A stretch of 32,000 nucleotides of DNA. Origin: Promethearchaeota archaeon (lineage in GTDB: Archaea; Asgardarchaeota; Lokiarchaeia; Sigyniarchaeales; SOKP01). The stretch is from assembly GCA_030606485.1 (NCBI GenBank), contig JAUWGH010000004.1, forward strand, positions 360,001 to 392,000, given 5' to 3'. The notes beneath the pieces are model-generated. The model saw only the letters and a list, made by a program, of their open reading frames with translations. It ran no database searches and had not been told where the DNA came from. Of the stretch, positions 18,537 to 26,187 are shown one piece after another. A program made the position numbers and the translations under genes. How positions within the stretch are numbered: the first letter of the stretch is position 1; each line of letters starts with the position of its first letter.

Positions 18537-20836
18537 TCTTTATATATATCATTCCAATTATTTTTTAAACGAATTTTAAGATTATTATGCCAATATTGAA
18601 AATCAAAGACATGATATAATTCCTCTTTAACCCGGTCTTTTTCATTCTCATCTAAAATATGCTTTAGAGTTATAGTCATAGGTCGTGCGATTAATTTCGA
18701 GAAATATTTTAATTCTGTTCTTTCTAAAAATTCAAATAATGATTCTTGAGAATCATCTGGAAAAATAAATTTAATGGGAATTTGAGGGTTTGGTTCAAAT
18801 TTAATTTTTTTTAGATCCTCAATTATAATGTTTTCTATATATTTAGGAAAATTTTGTTTAATTTCTAATGAAGCTTGATAATGTTTAGAGAAATTCAAGA
18901 GAATACTTTTTTCTTCTTGATTAATAATGGTTTCAATGTATCTATTCAAAATTACGCTAAAATTTTTTGGGTCTTGATCTTGTTTTTCAATTTTTTCCAA
19001 GAAATCAATAAATTCATTAACAATTTCATAAATTTGCCAATCTTTCTTTTCTATTATGTTCAAGTATTGTTTAACATATAATTTTATCCAATTTAGACAA
19101 TGCTCGCTCCATTTTAAATCAATCCCTCCCACTCTTTTTTGTAAGAATCTATGAAAAAAATTTCCAAATGTAACTGGATCTTGAATTTCATCTATAGATA
19201 TTCCTCTAAGGAATCGGTTTATTGTAGAATATCGTAAAATAAGATTTAATAGAAATTTTATTTCTTGAGGAAAAACTTTAAGCTTATCTAAATGTATTCG
19301 AATTCGGCTTGGGTCTTCATCCATCATTATCTCTGAAAAAGAAATAAGATCGGATATATTGAAATCTAGTTTTTCAAAAAATTCCATTATACTGGAATTA
19401 ATTATTTCTTTAATTTCTTCAATTGGTTGTGTCTCATCATATTTTTTTATTCTTTCAATAATCAATCTTTTTTCTATTAAATTACTAATGTAATCATCCA
19501 ATTTATCAATAAATTTATTTCCGAGGATATTTGAGAGTTTTGGCTTATTTTCCATCAAGATTCTGAGACTTTGTATATAGTTCTTTAAATAGAATTTTAA
19601 TTGATATCCAAAAAAGTATTTTGGAAGCGCGATAATGAATATTTTTAAGGTTTTTTTAAATAATTCATTCAAATAGTTTAATGTTGATTCGAGCTCAGCA
19701 GCGTGAATATAATTATATTCTTTTAACAATTGTTTCAGAGTAAATTCAACTATATAATTATATTCTTTGTAATTCTCTTCGGTTATTTCTATTTTGTGAG
19801 AAATATATTTGACTAATTTTTCAATAATTTCCTCTAAATTGCCAGTTTCGCCCGTTTTAATGAATTTAGAAACGAAATCGAAATATTTACTAAAAGATAA
19901 AGAACAATTCATTAATATTGTATTTATCTTATCAATTAACCATTGATCATTTTTAGGCTCTTTTATTGGTTGAATTTTTTGAGCAATAATTTCAATTAAG
20001 TAAGTAACAATCTTTTCTTGAATTTCGTCAATTGTACCAGTATTTGCAATTTTCAATAAATTTGCCCCCAATTTCAATGTATTTAATGTAATGAAATATG
20101 CGCTTGGTGATGAGATAAAATACTTGGTATGTTCATTGATAACAGTTTCTTTAAAATTTAAAGGAATTTTTACAAATATGGGGTTCTCAACTCGTATTTC
20201 AGGGGGGGATTCTCCATATAAAAATACATTATCACCCTTAATTGTGCTATATACATTCATTGATTCATCTTCAGTAGGTGTCGAAGATTTTATTCCAACT
20301 AATTTTTTATTCCATTTACCCTCCAATAAATCTCCTTGTAGTTTAAACGTGAAATGAGTGGCAAATTTCGCTAGAACCGCTTCTTTATGAAATTTATTTA
20401 AATCAGGACGTCTGGTAAATTCCTCAACTTCAAAAAATAATTTACTGATTTTATTTAGAGATTCTCGGGAATTATGAATTTCTAAAACTTTTTTTTCAGG
20501 TTTTAATGCAAGTAGAAGAGACTCACAATCCTTAAAAGAACCAGGAATAAAAATCATAGAATTTGGATACAATTTAGTTTTTGCATCTTTCTCATCAATA
20601 TTAAATAATTCAAATTCAATGAAATAAATTTCTGAGCCAGCATAATCTTTCAACATTGCATTATATTGAGTTTGAAATATCAATAATTCACTAACTAAGT
20701 TTTTTATTTTTTCTTGTGTTAATTTTCCTGGTCCAATAACTTCTCCAACTTTTATATCTCGATCTGGAGAGGAATATCCAAAGATTATGGTATAAATATT
20801 CTCAATATATTCACGTGTAGTAATCAAATAAATCAA
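18521..20836 (-). CDS. Hypothetical protein (771 aa)
   Basis: Long intact ORF; no motif recognised; exact start uncertain. Confidence 0.8.
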   Translation of the reverse strand: MIYLITTREYIENIYTIIFGYSSPDRDIKVGEVIGPGKLTQEKIKNLVSELLIFQTQYNAMLKDYAGSEIYFIEFELFNIDEKDAKTKLYPNSMIFIPGSFKDCESLLLALKPEKKVLEIHNSRESLNKISKLFFEVEEFTRRPDLNKFHKEAVLAKFATHFTFKLQGDLLEGKWNKKLVGIKSSTPTEDESMNVYSTIKGDNVFLYGESPPEIRVENPIFVKIPLNFKETVINEHTKYFISSPSAYFITLNTLKLGANLLKIANTGTIDEIQEKIVTYLIEIIAQKIQPIKEPKNDQWLIDKINTILMNCSLSFSKYFDFVSKFIKTGETGNLEEIIEKLVKYISHKIEITEENYKEYNYIVEFTLKQLLKEYNYIHAAELESTLNYLNELFKKTLKIFIIALPKYFFGYQLKFYLKNYIQSLRILMENKPKLSNILGNKFIDKLDDYISNLIEKRLIIERIKKYDETQPIEEIKEIINSSIMEFFEKLDFNISDLISFSEIMMDEDPSRIRIHLDKLKVFPQEIKFLLNLILRYSTINRFLRGISIDEIQDPVTFGNFFHRFLQKRVGGIDLKWSEHCLNWIKLYVKQYLNIIEKKDWQIYEIVNEFIDFLEKIEKQDQDPKNFSVILNRYIETIINQEEKSILLNFSKHYQASLEIKQNFPKYIENIIIEDLKKIKFEPNPQIPIKFIFPDDSQESLFEFLERTELKYFSKLIARPMTITLKHILDENEKDRVKEELYHVFDFQYWHNNLKIRLKNNWNDIYKEWMSY

Positions 20837-21046
20837 AAAAATTTTTTTATTATCTATATTTATCTTAAAATCTTATATAAATAATTATATCGTTATTTTT
20901 AATTTAATCCATCCTAAATTTATCTGAAATCATACTTACATTTTTTAATTAAAAATAATCTTAAAAGAAAAAAAAATAAATAACCATTTCCTTATTAGAA
21001 CTATATTAGTCATAAAAAAAGTTTAAATTTGTGGAAGTGAGAATAA

Positions 21047-21451
21047 ACGCAATTTGGTTCTGACCTAGGATTAGACCAGCGAGTTATTGATGAAATTGCC
21101 CCTCAAATAACTTTTATCACATCAAATTGTGAAATTGAGGCACTAGCGCTTGTAAGCCAAGAAGGATATGTCATAGCTTTCAGTTGTCTCCCACAATATA
21201 AAATGGATGGAGATAGATTTGGAGGTCTAAGTTCGGCAATTCTAATGACAGCTAGAAGCGCAATGAACTCACTTTTTGGAGAAAATATTAATGAAATAAT
21301 TGTAAGAGGAGAAACAGGTTATTTTATTGTATCAAATGCTGGTCGTTTCGTTTTAGTTGGAGCAGGAACTATTATTCAAACAATGATGAAAACAGTGAAG
21401 GTATTTAGAATCGCCGCAAATAAAATCAGAGAAATTCTAAGCAGAGTCTAA
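21047..21451 (+). CDS. Roadblock/LC7 domain protein (134 aa if started at ACG 21047)
   Basis: The frame is open from 21047. IEALALVSQEGYVIA upstream of the ORF-track start, plus ...GGLSSAIL...INEIIVRGETGYFIV..AG..VLV..., make a complete Roadblock/LC7 pattern. SD-like GGAAGTGA lies at 21033-21040. Confidence 0.8.
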   Translation, partial: TQFGSDLGLDQRVIDEIAPQITFITSNCEIEALALVSQEGYVIAFSCLPQYKMDGDRFGGLSSAILMTARSAMNSLFGENINEIIVRGETGYFIVSNAGRFVLVGAGTIIQTMMKTVKVFRIAANKIREILSRV

Positions 21452-21547
21452 TATTCTAATTTTGGTTTTAAAAAAAAAAGATTTTTATATTTTAAAGAAT
21501 ATCACATTTTAATATAAGGAAATTAAAAAAAAATTAGTTAAAAAAGC

Positions 21548-21625
21548 TTGAAAATTAAGGAAGTTAATTGTAATCTTTTTAATTGCTCATGGCGTTGGCA
21601 GTGGGCTTGGCGTTGGTGTCGATAA
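21548..21625 (+). CDS. Putative Trp-rich leader peptide (TTG-KIKEVNCNLFNCSWRWQWAWRWCR*) upstream of trpB2
   Basis: Five TGG codons among the last 11 sense codons; same strand as trpB2 and about 185 nt upstream of it. TTG starts are common in this window; TATA-like TTTTAATATA at 21507-21516. Confidence 0.7.
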   Translation: MKIKEVNCNLFNCSWRWQWAWRWCR

Positions 21626-21769
21626 GCCTATTGGCATTGATCTTTCCTTAGTATAATCTTGCAACTTTATTAACTATTACTTAAATAGTTTAAAATAACT
21701 ATTTCGCATCCTAAAACTGCATTATTCTTATTAAGATCTAATAAGAGATGAATCACATCTTAGATGTGA
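21599..21769 (+). promoter_or_regulatory. Structured trpB2 5' region: hairpin over the Trp codons, alternative pairings and two palindromes
   Basis: CAGTGGGCTT (21599-21608) pairs with AAGCCTATTG (21624-21633). AACTATT 21672-78, AAATAGTT 21683-90 and AACTATTT 21697-704 give mutually exclusive pairings. Inverted repeats TCTTATTA-N5-TAATAAGA (21726-46) and TCACATCT-T-AGATGTGA (21753-69). Confidence 0.5.
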
Positions 21770-21811
21770 ATAAATTGTAATATTAAAAAAAATATTGAAG
21801 GAGAATTGAAT

Positions 21812-23209
21812 ATGGATTTATTTAATAGCAGAATATTATTGCCAACTAGTGAAATACCAAAAGAATGGATAAATATACTTCCAGATTTACCAACTCCAAT
21901 GACACCATTAGTCAATCCTGCCGATGGTAAACCGGCACCTCCCGAATTAGCAATGAGGATTTTCGCAAAAGAATGTGTTTTACAAGAGGTATCACAAGAA
22001 AACTCAATTCCAATCCCAAATGATTTAAGAGCAATGTATGCATCTATAGGAAGACCTACACCACTTCATAGAGCATACAGATTGGAAAAAGAACTTGGAA
22101 TAGAAGGAGATAATATAAAGATTTTTTATAAAAATGAATCAGTAAGCCCAACTGGTAGCCACAAATTGAATACTGCACTTGCACAAGCATATTTTTGCAA
22201 GAAACAAGGTATTAATGAGATGGTAACGGAAACAGGTGCAGGCCAATGGGGTAGTGCTTTAGCTTTAGCGTGTAATTTATCTGGGATAAAATGTACAGTG
22301 TATATGGTTCGAATAAGTTTTTTACAAAAACCAGGAAGAAAAATTTTAATGAAAATTTTCAATGCCAAAGTACATGCTAGTCCATCAGAATTCACAGAAT
22401 CTGGAAGGAGATATTGGGAAAAAGATAATAATCATAATGGAAGTTTAGGACTTGCAATATCTGAAGCGATAGAACATTGTTTAAGGGATGAATCTATTAG
22501 ATATTCTTTAGGAAGTGTTGTAAATCACGTGCTTTTACATCAAACAGTAATCGGTCAGGAGGCAAAATCCCAGCTTTCTAAAATAGGAGAATATCCTGAC
22601 ATTGTGATTGGTTGTGCTGGAGGTGGATCAAATTTTGCTGGAACCGCCATTCCTTTTATAAGAGAAAAGATAAGGGGTGTATACCCCGAAACGGAAATGA
22701 TCGCTGTTGAGCCTAGAGCATGTCCAAGTATGTGTAAAGGAAAGTATATGTGGGATTATGGAGATACGGCAAAGATGGCACCTATTGTGAAAATGTATAC
22801 TTTAGGTCATAACTTTATTCCCTCTCCAATTCATGCGGGAGGATTAAGATATCATGGAATGGCACCAATCCTCTCTATTTTATTGAAGAATAAAGTCATA
22901 AAAACAGTTATGCACCATCAAACAGATGTTATTCAAGCGGGACTTTTATTTGCAAAAACAGAATATATATTACCTGCACCAGAAACATGTCATGCGATAA
23001 AGGAAGCAATAGATCAGGCATTAAAAGCTAAGGAAAATAAAGAAAAAAAAACAATTCTATTTAATTTTAGTGGTCATGGATTTTTTGATTTGTTAGCTTA
23101 TAAGGAATATATGGATGGTGCCTTAAAAGATTATGAGATGCCAACGGAAGAAATAGAAAAGGCGTTATCTGCAGAGGATATGCCAAAAATAAACGAAGCC
23201 TTTTTTTAA
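21812..23209 (+). CDS. trpB2: Tryptophan synthase beta chain type 2 (TrpB2, stand-alone)
   Basis: GRPTPLHRA..LE, PLP-lysine motif SPTGSHKLNTA, TETGAGQWG, GCAGGGSNFAG, HAGGLRYHG, LFNFSGHG. SD AAGGAG at 21798-21803 favours ATG 21812. Confidence 0.95.
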   Translation: MDLFNSRILLPTSEIPKEWINILPDLPTPMTPLVNPADGKPAPPELAMRIFAKECVLQEVSQENSIPIPNDLRAMYASIGRPTPLHRAYRLEKELGIEGDNIKIFYKNESVSPTGSHKLNTALAQAYFCKKQGINEMVTETGAGQWGSALALACNLSGIKCTVYMVRISFLQKPGRKILMKIFNAKVHASPSEFTESGRRYWEKDNNHNGSLGLAISEAIEHCLRDESIRYSLGSVVNHVLLHQTVIGQEAKSQLSKIGEYPDIVIGCAGGGSNFAGTAIPFIREKIRGVYPETEMIAVEPRACPSMCKGKYMWDYGDTAKMAPIVKMYTLGHNFIPSPIHAGGLRYHGMAPILSILLKNKVIKTVMHHQTDVIQAGLLFAKTEYILPAPETCHAIKEAIDQALKAKENKEKKTILFNFSGHGFFDLLAYKEYMDGALKDYEMPTEEIEKALSAEDMPKINEAFF

Positions 23210-23218
23210 TTTTAATAA

Positions 23219-23233
23219 TTTTTTTTTTTTTTT
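23219..23233 (+). terminator. Oligo-T tract after trpB2 (archaeal-type terminator)
   Basis: 15 consecutive T starting 10 nt after the stop codon. Confidence 0.5.
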
Positions 23234-23284
23234 AGTTAAGTTAAAATTTTTTTTAATATTTTACTTAATAATAAAAATTGGTAA

Positions 23285-24376
23285 TTGTGCATTTTTTTGA
23301 TAGTTACGTACGTAATATATTTATTTTTACTATTCTTGACATGTGGTACGTTATTTAAACTTTCATTTCTTTCATATAAGTATAATGAGATGAGTGCTTT
23401 TATTAATAATATTATTACTACTTCAACATTATTATTCGCAATTATTGCAAGTATGTTAAGACCTATTATTAACCCAAATGTTAATCCAATTTTAATATAT
23501 CCATTTGATTTCTTTGCTATTTTATTTATATTCCCCTTTTTTCTTGTGTTCCATTTATTAATATATAGAGAAAGAAAAAGAATGAAAAAAGGCGCGAATA
23601 ATTTAACTGAATTACGTGTTGATGCTGAAGGATTGAGAGTATTACCTCTTAAATATGAGATGTACAGAAAATTAGCTCATTTAATAGTTATTTGCATTTG
23701 TTTTTTCTATTTCATATTTGGAGTATTTGCAAAATTCCTTTTAGATAATTTTATTTCCATTCTTCCCGATTTTATTAAAAATTTTTTTTCTGGGGAAAAT
23801 TTAATATTTTTAAATAATGCAGATTTTACTCAATATTTAGTTGTTTTTTTAACCAGTATTTCATTAATGGGACTTTTAACAGCAGACTATGTGAGAATAA
23901 TTGCTCCTGAAGATTATCCTTTGAAATCAATTAATCGACTTTTACGACAAAGAGAATTAAAAACTAGAATAGGACCTCATATTACAATGGCAGTGGGAAC
24001 TATTTCAATAATCCTAATTTTTGGACCTCTATCAAACACTGGTCCGTTAATAGTTAGTCTTTCAATATTTATATCTTCCGTAGGTGACAGTTCAGCAAAT
24101 TTAATAGGAATTACATTAGGACGTCATAAAATAAGAGGAGGGAAAAAGAGTTATGAAGGATTAATTGGTGGGATATTATTTTCTTTTTTATCTGGAATTT
24201 TATTTTTATTTTTAATTTTTCAATTCTTTCCGAACCTTATAAGCCCTCAGAAAATACTTTTTATCTCATTAACAGTTGCTTTAATAATTGGGATAATAGA
24301 TTATCTTGATTTGCCAATAGATGATAATCTTAGTTTCCTAATAATATCTTCAATTATTATATATTTATTATTGTAA
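23285..24376 (+). CDS. Polytopic CTP-dependent kinase of the dolichol/phytol kinase-DGK1 (cytidylyltransferase-like) family
   Basis: Multiple TM segments; E..RK..H, GDSSANLIG..LGRHK, KKSYEG and IDDN motifs. Confidence 0.8.
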   Translation: MCIFLIVTYVIYLFLLFLTCGTLFKLSFLSYKYNEMSAFINNIITTSTLLFAIIASMLRPIINPNVNPILIYPFDFFAILFIFPFFLVFHLLIYRERKRMKKGANNLTELRVDAEGLRVLPLKYEMYRKLAHLIVICICFFYFIFGVFAKFLLDNFISILPDFIKNFFSGENLIFLNNADFTQYLVVFLTSISLMGLLTADYVRIIAPEDYPLKSINRLLRQRELKTRIGPHITMAVGTISIILIFGPLSNTGPLIVSLSIFISSVGDSSANLIGITLGRHKIRGGKKSYEGLIGGILFSFLSGILFLFLIFQFFPNLISPQKILFISLTVALIIGIIDYLDLPIDDNLSFLIISSIIIYLLL

Positions 24377-24452
24377 AGTTTTTAATTATGGATAATTTCT
24401 TAAAAGATAAATAAAGAATAATTTTAGGTTTCATCATTAAAGAGAGAGAGAT

Positions 24453-24959
24453 ATGGGAGAATCAAATAAATTAAAAATACCAAAAATTAAAAAAGGGACA
24501 GTAATTGATCATATAGACGCAGGATATGCATTATCTATCATGGATATTATTGGATTAGGAGAAACACAGAATCTAATGACAATTGGTGTTAATATTGAAT
24601 CAAAAAAATATGGAAAAAAAGATATTATTAAAGTTGAAAATGTATTTCTAACAGAAACTCAAATTCAACAAATTTCAATAATCACGCCAAATGTATCAAT
24701 ATCGTTAATAGAAGATTTTAATGTAATTGAAAAATTAAGATTAAAGTTACCGAAAATGATTAAAAAATTAATAAAATGCCCTAATAGTACTTGCATTTCT
24801 AATTCTGAAAAAGAACCAATAGGTTCTGAATTTAATGTATTAAATGAAAAACCTTTAAAAATTCAATGTATTTATTGTGATCGAATTTTAAATTTAGATG
24901 AATTAGTTTTTATTGAAAAAAAGCGAGAAAAGAGAATAAAACAGAGAATACAATTATAA
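24453..24959 (+). CDS. pyrI: Aspartate carbamoyltransferase regulatory chain
   Basis: IKKGTVIDHI, KKDIIKVE, Zn ligands CPNSTCIS...CIYCD. Confidence 0.95.
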   Translation: MGESNKLKIPKIKKGTVIDHIDAGYALSIMDIIGLGETQNLMTIGVNIESKKYGKKDIIKVENVFLTETQIQQISIITPNVSISLIEDFNVIEKLRLKLPKMIKKLIKCPNSTCISNSEKEPIGSEFNVLNEKPLKIQCIYCDRILNLDELVFIEKKREKRIKQRIQL

Positions 24960-25274
24960 AAATTTTAAAATCGTATGGGTTAAAGTCCCAACTACCATGA
25001 AAGTAAAGAAGAAAATTCCAATACCAGTTTTTAATATTATTTTCCAATTCCATTCTTCCTTATCATAAGGAGAAATCAAAAAACTAATTATGAAAGGAAA
25101 GCCGAACAAAAAAGAGAGCATCCAAATAAACATAGGCCAACCAATTAGACCAATAAATAATCTTCCAACAAATGCGCTTATGGCACCTGTTATTGCCTTA
25201 ATCCAATAAAGTTTAGTTTCTTTCTTCAATCGTATTTCCATTAGATCAGTTTCTTCCTCATTTTTGTTGGGCAT
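24954..25274 (-). CDS. Three-TM protein resembling the EMC6/Rab5ip family
   Basis: 106 aa with YWIK...GAISAFVG, a second TM, and G..IFF.TFMVVGTL.H; topology and spacing resemble EMC6. Pattern recall only. Confidence 0.5.
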   Translation of the reverse strand: MPNKNEEETDLMEIRLKKETKLYWIKAITGAISAFVGRLFIGLIGWPMFIWMLSFLFGFPFIISFLISPYDKEEWNWKIILKTGIGIFFFTFMVVGTLTHTILKFL

Positions 25275-25552
25275 AAAATCTAATAATTTATTTTATTATT
25301 ATTATTTTATTGTTATGAAAAAAATAGGGAAAACCAAAAAAAATCGATCAGCAAAACTTTTTTGAGTTCGACTTCGATAATTTTTTATCTAATCTATGAA
25401 AAATTGTTAGAATAAATTTCTAATTTATATATAATCTTAATCATGATCATGAAATTATAAGGAATATGCTTTAAAATTACATTTATATCAATAACATTCA
25501 TTACACACCTGTACACCAAAACCCTATATTTTTTTTTTCCATTCCTTTCAAA

Positions 25553-25810
25553 TTAAATTATATTAAAGTAATGCAGACCGTAATCTGGACCACATACTAT
25601 CAAAAGAATACCTGCAAAGATAAGAAATTTTGCTCCATTCATTTTAAAATAATTTTTACCTAATAAACAAACTATTCCGAAAACTCCCAGTATTAAACCT
25701 AACATGGAGCCAAATGCACGCACAAAATTCAACAGATCTCCAAATATATTGGGCAATTCATTAAAAAAAACTTCTAATAAATCAGGGACTAGTAAAATTT
25801 GACAATCCAT
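25553..25810 (-). CDS. Small two-TM hypothetical protein
   Basis: ATG with AAGGA upstream; two Gly-rich hydrophobic helices. Confidence 0.65.
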   Translation of the reverse strand: MDCQILLVPDLLEVFFNELPNIFGDLLNFVRAFGSMLGLILGVFGIVCLLGKNYFKMNGAKFLIFAGILLIVCGPDYGLHYFNII

Positions 25811-26187
25811 ATTTTTTTTACATCCTTATCTTAATTTTTCGATTTTAATAATCACGGATGCAACAATCTCTGATATTTTAATAATAAAGATTCAATATTA
25901 TACATTTTATCTTTAGGATTCAATAAAACCGTGAAATATTTAACTTTTTATGAATAATAAAAAATTTTAATCTAGGTTTTTCCTTTAAATAGAATTGTTT
26001 TATTGAGATACTAAAAATAGGAAAGTTGATAGAAAATGTTTAATAATATTTCTGAAATGCATAAAAACTTTATAAGCGGGGAAGGAGTAAAAGAAAAGTT
26101 ATTTTTTATTCAAAAGGTTTTTGATGAGACTTTTAAAAAAATTTGTCGAGTGTTAAATTCGTATTCAATTAAAGAAAATTAAGAGAC

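Noticed and set aside
402-20357. Numerous 60-130 aa ORFs antisense to valS, scpA, smc, tgtA, trm5 and the large unknown genes
   Set aside because: They lie entirely within well-supported genes on the other strand, have F/S/L/I-rich shadow composition, and show no motifs.
21589-21651. Alternative readings of the GC-rich patch: + strand MALAVGLALVSISLLALIFP* and - strand MPIGLSTPTPSPLPTP*
   Set aside because: They are other frames of the same TTGGCG-like hexamer pattern. Only the Trp-rich frame is explained by the adjacent trpB2. Not fully excluded.
24453-24959. pyrI without an adjacent pyrB
   Set aside because: Split pyrB/pyrI loci are not rare, and the partner may be elsewhere in the genome; not informative from this window.
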